From positions 172,908 to 236,907 of the forward strand of contig NIVC01001960.1 of NCBI GenBank assembly GCA_002269645.1: a DNA stretch of 64,000 bases. The letters are read 5' to 3'. Source of the DNA: Macrostomum lignano (taxonomy: Eukaryota). Positions 27,001 to 38,657 of this stretch are shown here, piece after piece (positions within the stretch are counted from its first letter, which is position 1; every line of letters starts with the position of its first letter). Both the position numbers and the translations under genes were made by a program. A model generated the notes under the pieces. That model made no database searches and was not told where the DNA came from. It saw only the letters and a program-made list of their open reading frames with translations.

Positions 27001-30000
27001 GCTGCATTCACTGCCCAGAACATGCAGCAAGCTGGTGCCTTCACCCTCAGAATTCAACGGCTCCAGGAATGAACTTTGTGAAGTGGTGGCGGCACTTCGA
27101 AGCATATTGTTGATCCCATGCATATTCCGATGCATAATCAACGTGCTCAGTTGCCTAGCAACCTAGTCTTTAGCACCTTCCAAGGCATGGTCGACAAGGC
27201 ATGTCGTCATGGTCGACAACATGAACCTGAATGCAGACCTCGGCTATGAGGAATCCAGCAGGCGCTGCTGGACCGCATTAACATGCATTGCACTGTCCTG
27301 GACTACCACACTGAGCTAAACAACCGAGAGCAGACAGAAAAGGAAACAGTCGAACAATTTTTGAGGCCATAGAACTGGTCGGAAACGGAAACGCGTTCAC
27401 CAACTCGAAGCTTCCATGAGAGCCAGCCATGGTACACCAGCACAAGGGGCAGTCTGCGGTTAGACGACGGAGGCTACAAAGGAGTCCATAGAATCCAAGG
27501 AAGTGGAAATGCTGCGGAAGCAATTGGCAGTGATGGAAGTTAGGATGAAAGAATCGGTGACTAGGAAAGCCGAAAAACAGCCTGTTGCGACGATCTTTGG
27601 CAGTGCAGTGCTGTTCGTGTCTGAAGGGGGACCACGCAGCTGCAAGGTGCCGCAAAGGAAGATCAGGAGTGCGGCTGGAGCAAATTCTGGTCCATGTGTC
27701 TGGTGCTTCAAGTGCGGAGAAGAAGGCCACATCTCCGTCAAGTGCAACAAATTGGGAACTGAACCCAGGGAACCGATGAGAGAGAATCGATTCCCAGCTC
27801 ACAAGAAAGTCTCCCAGCAGCAACAAACGGGATTCTCAATTAACTCTGTATATACGAGTACGAGTAATATTCGAATAAATGCGTTTTCGGTGGTGGGAAT
27901 TACAAGAGCAACCAGACAGGTTTAACAGGAGTCTGGAGACACTGCTGGAGGAGTACAAGGTCGAGGTGTTGGGAGTACTAGTCACAGAGCGAGAATGGGC
28001 CGGCTTGAAAAAGATCGAGATATCATTCCTGAGTAACATTTTGACATCAATTTGCGGTTGCGTTGATGTTGCAAAAAATACCCTCACAAATCTATTCACC
28101 ACAGTCCATCTTTGTTGATATTGTGGTTCATATTGCATAACCAGATGCCAGAGTCACTGTACATTAATAGTCATCATTTTGCTAGTTCAATAATACACGA
28201 GAAATAGAAAAGAAGTAACATAGTACAATATTTGTTGAAAGAAGTTGAAAAATCAAAGTTAAACTTTAGTCATTATGAAACCTAAAATATGACATTTCTA
28301 TGCTGCAGTGCTTTATAACACTGAAAGTTGGGGAAAAATAAGGCTCGTTTTTTATAGTTTATTTTGTCAATATGTAATCATGAAAATCATATATTTTAAT
28401 ATTTTGCTGCATGATAATTGCTTATCATAACATAATGTGCATTTCTTTTCATTAAGTTAGTGACAACCAGCTATATGAAACTTTGCAATGATACTAAGGG
28501 TCTTTCTGCTAGTTGCATATTATTCAAATTATATTTTTAGCTGCCATAAATATACCTAATATATTTTTAGGTACAGAAGGACATAAAGCAATAGCAAGTT
28601 AGTAAGTCTCTCAATTGATATAAATGGAAAGAGTTATTATAAGTTCTAGCTAAAAACTATATTAACAGCAGTTGGTTGAACACCTTGATAGCATAGGGCA
28701 GTAAGGAGATGCCTTTGTACTCCTCTTGCATTGTGTTGGGGTATACAATTTGAACAATTGTCTATATACTAAATGCATCTTCTAATAGAAGGCTGAAGGC
28801 TTCTATATAATTTGATAGTTTCATATATTACAATTTATAAATATATAAAATATAACTATACAAATACATAAAGTTTATAACCTTTTTATACCCAAATATA
28901 CCTTTCTCTGCCAATTTCAGATGGCCACTTGGGTAAAGAGGACAAGAGAGGTAACTACTAGATGCCATCAATGATACTAGTTCCAGCTCTCATTATGAAG
29001 AAGAGATAATTCCAATGATGACATCATCCTTGCCCAATAGAACAGGTTGTCATGAAGGGATATTGGGTAATCAACTTAAGGAAAGAGTTGAGGAAGGTGA
29101 TAATAATTTTCCATTTAATTCAGACTCCTCAAATTCAAAAACTGACAGCTATCAAGAATCCGATATAGATCTGAGTAAGGCCTTAGAATAGGGGGCAATA
29201 TGCAACAATTGCCCAGTGTCTATATGCAACAACATAAGCCTTTTAGCAATGTCTCATGGCTGCTTTGCACAAGAAAGATCCATCCCTTCTTATTGATCCA
29301 AGAACACTGAGTAAGATTCTCCTAAGGCTGTATCAAGAATGAAATGTGTAGATCCAGATAGCTACTATCAATTTGGGCTTCTGATTGGAATTAAAAGGCT
29401 ACTTGATGATGTCTGCTTCACATTTTCCATGCTCATGTTGTCTCATATTTCTGTTTCTATATTTTGTGTTTAAGATGAGGATATATACATGTGCTTCAAG
29501 TGAGAAAAGAGAAAAAATAGTTGGGTCTGTGAGTGCAATACTTCATTTATCTATGGCCATACTCAATAATATCAAATAACACCCACCCTAAAGTATTCTC
29601 CCTTCTCTTTGTTGTACAAAATAAAATGCAATTCTAAGCAGCTGTCAGTTACAAGCCTAACCTCAAATAATTAAAGTTTAATAGGAAGTTTAAATACTCT
29701 TTTTTAAGTCACAACAATAGGATTGCAACTAGACAGTTTGGACTTGACCAATCTGGATTGCATACGCACATGGTTGAAGGCCTTCAAGGCTCTTGGACAA
29801 GCAAAAGTGGGAAGATATAGCAGACTTAACAAATTGTGGGAAATTTCTTGGCAGTCTGTGGAAGAAGCAGTCATTTTTATTTATTTTCCTAAGTACAATT
29901 ATCTTATACTTAGTGATGGGCATAGCGGGCACTAAATTTGAAATTTGCTAATATCGCTAAATTGAATTTTGACTTAGCGTACACTACAAAAGTGCTACTA

Positions 30001-33000
30001 CATTTTGCTCAAATTTGCTAAAAATAGAAATTTGCTAAATTTTAGGCATCTAATTTTTTACATAGTTTTTTAGGGTTCTCAGTCTTTTAAAAAAATTTGT
30101 TTTACTGATTTCAATTTTTTAAATCTTTTTAAATGTACACAATGTAACAGTATTTAGAATTTACAATCAAGTCATGTATACTATACTGATATTGTCATAC
30201 TGATAGGGATAGAAATAAAATAAATTGATAGTCAGTCATACTGATAGTCATAGGACTCATAGATAGATCAGACTGATGCTGATGCCTGATAGACAATAGT
30301 GATGACTGATAACTGATAAGTGATGAGTCTAACTTTTCTTTTTTGTTTTTGCTATTTGTCTCATTTTTTGCTGCTGTTGTTCTTGCTGTTTGCTTTTTGT
30401 CTGAATAATTATTTTATCTCCTAAAAAAATCTATAAATGTTCATTTAAATTTTTCATTTATTCAATTGATTTAATTGCAAGTGCCCTAAGTACAATACAA
30501 TTCCATAAATCAGTAATTCAATCAATTCTGTTAGTGAAATTTAAATAGTCATATCAATTACTGGCATTCTTTTGTTTTACGATCCCTGAGCAGGTCAAGT
30601 TTTGTCTTACAATCCCTATTAAAAAAGAGTCAAAGAGACACTATAGTTTATCAAAAAGTATGTTTCACATTTATATTTTGAGAACAAAATCATTGCAACT
30701 CACTTTCCAGTCAACCTAATTCATCACTGCAACTCATTTTTCAGTCAACTTGAGGATTGTGCAGTGGGCATAGCATAGTTATGAAAGCACGTAGCTTATA
30801 TTCACTTTTGTCATGTGATCATTTAAATGGTAAAATTATATGTAGATGATTGCAAGACAAAACCGAAAGAGCTTGTAGGTTTCGAATTACGATCACATTA
30901 ATGTTAAAATTGTATTGGAGGGATCGTATGACAAAATAGTAGGAAGTTTTCGCTATAATAGACATTGTTTCAACTAAACAATCAATTGCAGCTGGCATCT
31001 ATGATATGTGTCCGCAGGCAAAAAGCCGAGTCCCTGTGGTGCACATGAGAAGCGCTTTTTTACTAAAACTGTATTAATTACAACCTTTTCGGGTGCGCAC
31101 CCCCCCCCCTCACTTTCGTCTTACGATCCCCCCAGTTCATTGGACCTATGTGTTATACCAAGGGGTGATCATATGACACATACATGCGCAACTGCTGGCT
31201 GACCTGGCCGATCTGGCCACCGTAAATTGTGGTGGACCAGGGGTAAGTCGCAAAAATGCCCAACCTAAAGAATACAGACGGAGTACTAATTAGATGACGA
31301 GGCATTTAGCCCTAATAAGACAGTCATAGTTACTCCTGCCGTTTACCCAAAATTGTGTTAAGGTTTTTTTACAGGTAAGTCGCATTTTTGGTCGAAAAGT
31401 AAGTCGCATGGCCAGTGTAAATCAAAGGGGTTGCGCATGTATGATATGACAAAAGTGAGAGGGGGGGTGTGGCGTGCGAGTTTATAACAAATACAGTTTT
31501 AAGATACAATCCATAGAGTGACGATGATCAATTAATATATTAATCAGTTAATATACATAGCAATCCATTCACTTTCGTCATACGATTCCTCCAATACAAT
31601 TCTACTAATGCGGTGATCGTAATTCGAAACCTACAAGCTCTTTTGGTTTCGTCTTGCAATCATCTGCATATAAATTCACCATTTAAATGATTATATAACA
31701 AAAGTGAATATAAGGACAGGCTTCTAACTTCTATAAGACACAAGATTTGATGTTAAAATGATGCGCTTAGAATTGGTCCCATTTTGAAGTTTGATTTTAA
31801 GAGCAATTTTGCCATCCTCTGTGGGGGGGATAGTATAACAAAAGTCCCGACTCCTATAGGGACAGTGCTAGGTGATTGTAAAACAAAAGAATGCCCAATT
31901 ATCCTTACTGACCACCGACTGGCGATGGTAACAAACTTGGCGACTGGCAGTGGCAACTTACTAAATGAAGTTACTAAACTTACTATGGTACTATTGTCTG
32001 TTAGTGTTAATATTACTGTACCGGTTACCTTACCTTATCCTTTGGCTTTGTGCAGTATATAAGTACAACAATTTACTTTTTTCAATTTGACAAATTTTTA
32101 ACTAATTTGGGTTTTATTTTATTAAATATAAAATAGAATCTTTTTAATTTTCACACTGCTTTAACTAAGGAAAAGAAACAGTAAAAATGAATCTTTTTTC
32201 ATGTTTTTTAGGAAATTTTGAATTTTAGTGAATTTCATATTTAGTGGCACTAAATTCACTAATTTTGAAACTAAAATAATGGCCGCTACATAACTAGCAC
32301 CCTTATTGTACACTGGGAAATCCTAGTATATATGTTGCCTTCTAAACTATAGGATATAATAACATTGATTATAAATGTATACAAATCAAGACACAGTATA
32401 TGCATTTATTAAGAGGAAGCTCATTATGTATAATGTTGGGTATACCTATAGTCAAAGGGCTAAAATTTTGCTGATTATCAAATGTATTACTACCAGTTTA
32501 AAACTGCCTCATTCTCTGGTGTAAGTTTCTAATGAATTCTGGATTGAATAGGGTCTATGCTTCAGTGAGGTATAAGAAATCCCATATTGAATCCCACATT
32601 GAATTCCACATTGAATAGGCTTAGGCTTAAGAACTTAATTTTAACTTAGTATAAGAAATCCTGCATTGAGCTCTGCATTAAATAGGCTTAAGAATATTAA
32701 TTATTAACAAATAAAGTAAAAAAGGATACAGTTAAGTTTGTTTAGAATATATAATACATTAATGTCTTAATTAGTTTAACACAGAAAATTCCATATTGAA
32801 TCCTACATATAAATTTTGCATTTAAATGTGCAACACATATTAACTTAGTATTTAATGTAGTTTTTACTGCATGGAACCAAAATCCCATATATAAAAATTG
32901 TTTTTGAAATAGAATAGAAACAGTTAGGGATAAAAATTTCGCACTGCTAATTTATTGCTTGAAACACAATTAACAAAAATCTTAATTTTTAAAGATAAAA

Positions 33001-33184
33001 AAAATATTTGGTTTTTTGTATCTGTGGTGCCAGTTGTTCAAAGCCTAGGGCTATCCACTATCATTATTTGATCTTACAAATGGCACAACAAATTCGATTA
33101 TGCTGATTGTCAAAATTAAACAAATTCTTAAACAGCTTACCATAAATGCTTGCCATCATCTTCATCTGAAAATGCATTTTCCAT
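24027..33184 (-). CDS. DYNC1LI: Cytoplasmic dynein 1 light intermediate chain; exons 33141-33184, 25383-26173, 24027-24883 (563 aa)
   Basis: MENAFSDEDDGKHLW|SRILEEV, P-loop-like GDVSSGKSSLVARL, NLGLPIVVVITKTD, CLK|YGAALVYTSVRED, VFVPAGWDS, EDEQVFLSRLQ and DGVLANFFNSLLSKR. GT-AG splices, 1692 nt in frame. Confidence 0.92.
24950..25325. repeat. 21-bp minisatellite (GGATTAGGGACCAATACACAG)n filling DYNC1LI intron 2
   Basis: Read directly. Confidence 0.95.
26750..27830 (+). mobile_element. Decayed gag-like LTR-retroelement remnant in DYNC1LI intron 1
   Basis: CCHC zinc knuckle CFKCGEEGHISVKC at 27704-27745, preceded by a coiled-coil-like stretch. Frames are broken and no pol was recognised. Boundaries are approximate. 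Confidence 0.55.
28700..29450 (-). mobile_element. Possible highly decayed PLE remnant
   Basis: Fragmentary minus-strand peptides (LLLEDAFSI*TIVQIVYPNTM, LPLLSSLPKWP, YSLRRILLS) weakly resemble the PLE thumb, linker and GIY-YIG C-terminus. Many stops. Confidence 0.3.
30795..31715. mobile_element. Non-autonomous DNA element with ~150-bp imperfect TIRs and inner inverted repeats
   Basis: 30795-30940 is the reverse complement of ~31570-31715. 31064-31125 pairs with 31444-31500. Confidence 0.65.
31179..31443. mobile_element. hAT-type MITE nested in the preceding element
   Basis: 14-bp TIR CATACATGCGCAAC/GTTGCGCATGTATG. 8-bp TSD ATATGACA on both sides. Confidence 0.85.
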
Positions 33185-35220
33185 TTCGTAATGATTTCTT
33201 TCACTCTGTTATATAAACTAAACAGTAATATTATATTATTATTAATATTCTAGCTACGCAAAATAACTTAATTGATAAAATAAGTGCGCGAATTTTTTTA
33301 CAAGAAGACTAAAAAAGCCTTGATAACGTCAAAAGTGCAGTTTCCTCGTAATTCAGTCAATTACAGACTATAAATCCGACCTATACTATACTATACGATG
33401 ATGAGTATATAAATATTCTTGACAACAAATTAAATTTTATAAATCGTACAAAATGATAATGAGTCGCTGTGAATAAAACAAATCTAAACAAAACTAACAA
33501 TAAGTCGTCAGCTTTTGTTAGCCTTTAAAAACTTTGAAGCTTAAATAGTGCAGTAACCATTTATTAAAATAAAATGCAACACTTGTACGAGTCGACATTT
33601 CAGGCTTTCACACCGACCAATCAAAAGATGATCCCGGCCGTTAGCTAGCCGCAAGCTAGCCGTCGCCAGCAGATTTCATCACAGGAATTCATAAATAAAT
33701 CAAATGTTACATGTACTGTATTGTTTATTACACCACAACTTATGCAAGAGCATGTACTCTTAGGTAAGGGTTCATTGCAGTTCGTAACTTCGTACCCGTC
33801 GAATGAGACATCACTCTAGGCGGCCGACGTACAAATAAATGAAAATTTATGTAAAAACTGTACCCCCAAAATGATAAAAATGCATTTTTTGTAAGAGTTT
33901 TTATGCTTTGCAGCTTTTACACTGTTTGCGCCGTCAACTGTACGGTGCACGACGTGTAAAAAAAACTACTGCAGTGTCATCTCTGCTCATTTTTTGTAAT
34001 AATTTCTTTTAATATCACAATGTAAATTATTGGCACAGTTCGCTAAATATTATGACCTAAGCGAGCATAGAGCCAGTAGTAGACATGGTGTGCTTAAGGA
34101 CTACTTAAGAAGACTTAAGAAGAAGTAAGAAGTTTAACAAAGCGACTTCAGTCCAGTGGTCCTTGGGTGTACCTAGTAAATGTGTATGCACCTTGATTTT
34201 TATACTGTATTGCATTGGTACACGTGCATGCCACCTTGTACCTGTGAATGGACACTCGTGTAAACAATATAGACTGGCAAACTTCGGCTAGCGAATATCT
34301 TGCTTGCTGACGAATAATCTTGATGAAGGATCGAAGAAAAAAATACACTCGTTCGCCAATCTTAGTTCTAACGTATCGTAAAAGAGATTATAAACACGAC
34401 AGCAGCTAGTTTTATCAATAATGTACTTGAAAAATAATGTGATTCAGATGCACTTCTTTTAGGAATGTTAATTTTTAACTAATTGGGGTTGAGTTTTGGA
34501 ATAAAAAATACTTTAAGTAAACGCAAAAAAACTTAAAGACATATGCAGTGCAGTTTTATGAGCAGCAAAGCACGGATAACGCATCGAAAATGCATTATTT
34601 TTTATGTTGTATTAACTACATGTGGCACGTGGCACAGGAGAGCAGAAAGCGCACAAAAACACCGAAGCAAAGAAATTATTGAAGCAGTTATTGTCACATC
34701 AGACTTAGCAATTAAAACATACAATTAACGACCCAGAAAAGGTAGCCAGACCTAAATGCAACGAATAACTAAATAAAAAATTGTACTCAGCGCGGAAAGA
34801 AGACTTTTTATCTGAATTGCTACAAGAGACAGCAACATTTGTGTACGCACTTTTCCTTTACATTAAGCTGTTTTTTGGCTCATAAGAAGATAACAGGGTG
34901 CACTATTTACAGTCGAAAGACAAGCCCAAACTACTAAATCTTTCTGCTTTTTCTGACTTAAATGGTAAGACAGTATGTTAATGTATCGGGGAAGTCACAA
35001 GTTAAAGCCAGTCAAAATTTTAGATATTATATAAATGCTCAATACGCACGCTACCCCAGTCTATGAAACCAAAATTTGCTTTGAATGTTAGCCGGGTTAG
35101 CCAGGAGGCTCGGGAGTTACAGCTTTTCCTTGTGATGACTTTCAATTTCTCTACTCCTATTAGGTCACATTTAGCAGGCATTCGCAATGTTGAACAGCAG
35201 AATTATTAATAGTACAAGCT

Positions 35221-35691
35221 TCAAGTCTTGCCCCAGCCGCTGCTAAATGACGGCCCGCCCCGGGCTCGGCCAGCTGACGGAGCGCCGCCGGAGCCGGACT
35301 GCGGCGCAGCCTTGGCCGCGTTCATCTCCTGCATCTTGGCCAGCATGTCTGGCGTCATCTCGCTAAGGTTCGGCTTCTCGGAGAACACCATCATAAAGTC
35401 GCCAGTTTTCTGCAATTCGCCATTCTTTCCAACATTGAGCGTCATCTCCTGTTTGAACACGGTGGTGAGGCCGTTCAATACGCGGCAGATGTCGCCAGGA
35501 TGAACTTGGCGGCCATGGTCATTCCAAAGGGCCAGGGTCATCCGGCCAGTCCGGTCGGCGATGCTGACATTGCGAACCTCGTTGCCATCCTTGGTACGCG
35601 TTGGATCGTATACTTCTAGTACTATGAAGTGCACATTAACATTTTTCTGCATTGGGCGCAGGTCTTTGAGGTGAACAAATTGGTGGCTCAT
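35221..35691 (-). CDS. NABP: SOSS complex subunit B / hSSB-like OB-fold ssDNA-binding protein, single coding exon (156 aa)
   Basis: HLKDLRPMQKNVNVHFIVLEV...TKDGNEVRNVSIADRTG..LALWND.G..VHPGDICR...GKNGELQKTGDFMMVFSEKPNLSE matches NABP1/2. ATG at 35691. Confidence 0.92.
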   Translation of the reverse strand: MSHQFVHLKDLRPMQKNVNVHFIVLEVYDPTRTKDGNEVRNVSIADRTGRMTLALWNDHGRQVHPGDICRVLNGLTTVFKQEMTLNVGKNGELQKTGDFMMVFSEKPNLSEMTPDMLAKMQEMNAAKAAPQSGSGGAPSAGRARGGPSFSSGWGKT

Positions 35692-35884
35692 CTGTGATTC
35701 AGCAATATTTAGCCAGGATTGAAATTGAAGTTGAAATTGGGAAACCAACATACAAGCCTATCTTTATTTAAATAGAAAGATTGTTATAAAATTACTTTTA
35801 AAATTTATCACCTATTCCAATTTTTGTTTAAAAAAGTCAAAATCAATATCTTTATTGAATATTGATTGTTTTATTGGTCAATAT

Positions 35885-36183
35885 CATACATGCGCAACAG
35901 TCGGCCGAGTCGGCCGATCCGGCCGACCGATTTGGCGGCCAACCAAGGAAGTCGCAAAAATGCCCACCCGAAAAAATAATCAAGTAGTAGTACTAAGTAG
36001 CTGACGAGGCATTTTGGCTTAATAAGACAGTCATAGTTACTCCTGCCGTTTACTCAAAGTTGCGTTAATTTTGCTTTAGGGTTTTTTTTACATGTAAGTC
36101 GCATTTTTGGCCAAAAACTACGTCGCATTTTTGTTAAAACTAAGTCGCATGGCCGACCGAATTTCAGAGGTTGCGCATGTATG
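35885..36183. mobile_element. hAT-type MITE, second copy of the 31179-31443 family
   Basis: Same 14-bp TIRs and shared interior (AATAAGACAGTCATAGTTACTCCTGCCGTTTAC). 8-bp TSD GTCAATAT. Confidence 0.85.
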
Positions 36184-37865
36184 GTCAATATTATTGATTG
36201 ACAAATATCTTTATTGGTCAATCAAATCCTGGGATTGACCACTAGGATTGCAATCCTGCTTTGCAATAATTCAATAATTCATTCTCAAGTAGCATTATCT
36301 GAAGCTAAGATACTTGTTGGGTAAAAATAATAACCTAGTTGTCCTGCTTTAATTTATTAACCTTTCAATTATGCAAGCTACTGAGTAGAATGCTAGGGCT
36401 GCAAGGATATGAAACAGAAACTATTAGCAGATTGTAAAGAATTTTAAGATGTAATAATGTGTTTTGTATATATATAGCAACTTAGTTCCTCCCAATTGCA
36501 ACTTAGTTCCCCCAATTGCAACTTAATTTTCACTTTGTATATGACTTTTCTTGCCTTTTTCTCTTTATCTTTCCTCTTTCCCCTCTCTCTCTTTTTCCTC
36601 CTTTCTTTTCCTTTTCTCTTCCTCTCTTTTCTTTCTTCCCTCAATTTTTTGTTTTCTGCATTTTCAATTTGTGACTTACCTTGGCTGGTGGCCATTTTAC
36701 CTATCCAGTTTGGATGGGTTGGACAGGTGGAACCTTGCTATTGGACCAAAACTGAAGCTACCAATTCTTTATCTAGGGCAGGTGCCCTGGGAGGATGAGA
36801 TCTAATCCCCTTTTACCCTGATATTAGTATTTCAGGCCATAGCTCTGTAACATAAGCTATCATTCCCCAGGTTATATCACAATCAAATGTGATTTTCCTA
36901 AGCTATAAAAAACACATCTATTATGCCAGCCTATATATCACACTCAATTTAAATCTCACTGTTAGTTTCTTGTTTGAAAAATAATTTATTTTGATTCTAA
37001 TTTTATTATTGAAATTAGAAAAGATAGAATCAAATTACACAGCTTTATAAACCAAAATTGCACTAACAAAGATTAGAAGCTTTTTTAATCCCAGGATACT
37101 GGCCTAATTCATTGAAGTTAGGTTTATTGAAAGATTTTTGAAGTCCAAGATATACTAATCACAAGAAATCTGGGATTGGCAAATAGGATTTTGTATTCCT
37201 TACAATATAGACTTAACTATCTCATTCTATGCGATGTTATTATGCATTACCAAGATAATTTATGCTAGATACTATTTGCCAAAATGTCTATGCATTGCAA
37301 TTGGGCCATCTAACCTATAATATAATTATAATATATTCATATAAAGTTAATTAGCCTATTTATATACTATAGTCCCTAGAATGTTTTGCTTTATATGCCA
37401 TTGCTAGACAGATTAGATTATATCTAAATCTTGTATGCCAATAAACTAAGAGATGTCTAATGAATAAAATAGAAAAAGGGGATAAAATTGTATAGTATCA
37501 ATATTAGTATCTCCTATTAATATCCCTTTTAGGCAAGGCCATACCCTTTCTAGGCAAGGCCTAAAAAACTTCTTTGCTATAGCATAATGGCATTAGTAAT
37601 TAGTACCAAGTATTAGTATATTAGTAATTAATTAATTAAATAATTAGTAATTAATATATTAGTAATTAGTATATGTAGCAACATATAGGCCAATCAAAAA
37701 AGATTGGTAAGCCCCTTGCTACATAATACGTGCATATGACACATGATTGCCTAAGACACCTTATTATGAGGGGTATCCAAAAAGTAGTGATACTTTTAGG
37801 TAAAGTGGCTCGCTTGATGAAGAGTAGATAAATAAAGGTAAATATCAACATGAAGTATTATTTGA

Positions 37866-37911
37866 GTTGCCGATGCATTTCGTCCATTTGCATTAGGACA
37901 TCGTCAGGGTC
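37866..37911 (-). ncRNA. Hammerhead-like motif, inverted copy
   Basis: Reverse complement of 38612-38657. Confidence 0.55.
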
Positions 37912-38187
37912 TTTTTATTGAGAAACAATTTGAACGAATATTCAGTATATATAGATAGTTGAGAGTAACAAGAGTAGTTGAATTGAGTTTTTAATTGATG
38001 GTTTAAAACTTGTACATAGTAATCAATTTTTGATACAGTATTGGTTGGGTAAAGTGCATATCAGTTTCAAGCCAGTCCGGTCATTGACAAATCAGCTAAA
38101 AAATTCTGAGTTGACGGCTAGCCCCACCCATCGCAAGTTGGTTATTTAACGTGGGCTGTTTGGTCTTAATGTACAGGGCTTCTAATA

Positions 38188-38227
38188 GTCCGGGCCGGGT
38201 GAGTTTTCCCGTGTTGAGTCAAATTAA
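38188..38227 (-). other. 40-nt 18S rRNA fragment captured at the PLE inversion junction (not an rRNA gene)
   Basis: Minus strand reads TTAATTTGACTCAACACGGGAAAACTCACCCGGCCCGGAC, the highly conserved eukaryotic SSU rRNA segment. The flanks are not rDNA. Confidence 0.85.
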
Positions 38228-38611
38228 ACTCTGCTATTAACGAACACCTGCTAACCTGCAATTCTTGTTGTGAGGCTGAACCACACGAAATGATAAAGGC
38301 TATTGATTTTTGTAATAGAGATCACATGCTCTGCCTATTAGAAGCCCTGTACATTAAGACCAAACAGCCCACGTTAAATAACCAACTTGCGATGGGTGGG
38401 GCTAGCCGTCAACTCAGAATTTTTTAGCTGATTTGTCAATGACCGGACTGGCTTGAAACTGATATGCACTTTACCCAACCAATACTGTATCAAAAATTGA
38501 TTACTATGTACAAGTTTTAAACCATCAATTAAAAACTCAATTCAACTACTCTTGTTACTCTCAACTATCTATATATACTGAATATTCGTTCAAATTGTTT
38601 CTCAATAAAAA

Positions 38612-38657
38612 GACCCTGACGATGTCCTAATGCAAATGGACGAAATGCATCGGCAAC
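38612..38657 (+). ncRNA. Minimal hammerhead-like motif in the PLE 3' region
   Basis: CTGACGA-T-GTCC(TAATGCAAAT)GGAC-GAAA-TGCA-TC with palindromic stem III ATGCAT. Stem I is only ~2 bp, so activity is doubtful. Confidence 0.6.

Noticed and set aside
27879-28118. Possible transposase fragment (LVTEREWAGLKK)
   Set aside because: Too short, and no catalytic motif could be assigned by eye.
31753-31956. Possible hAT dimerisation-domain remnant on the minus strand
   Set aside because: Only vague resemblance; the key ERxFS motif is absent.
24027-33184. DYNC1LI as part of a ciliary cluster with TCTN and NPHP1
   Set aside because: The motifs match the dynein-1 LIC rather than the IFT dynein-2 LIC.
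35221-35691. Intronless NABP as a retrocopy
   Set aside because: No poly(A) remnant or TSD was seen and the ORF is intact. Other genes here also have very large exons.
38188-38227. rRNA gene or rDNA locus
   Set aside because: Only 40 nt match, and the flanks are PLE sequence.
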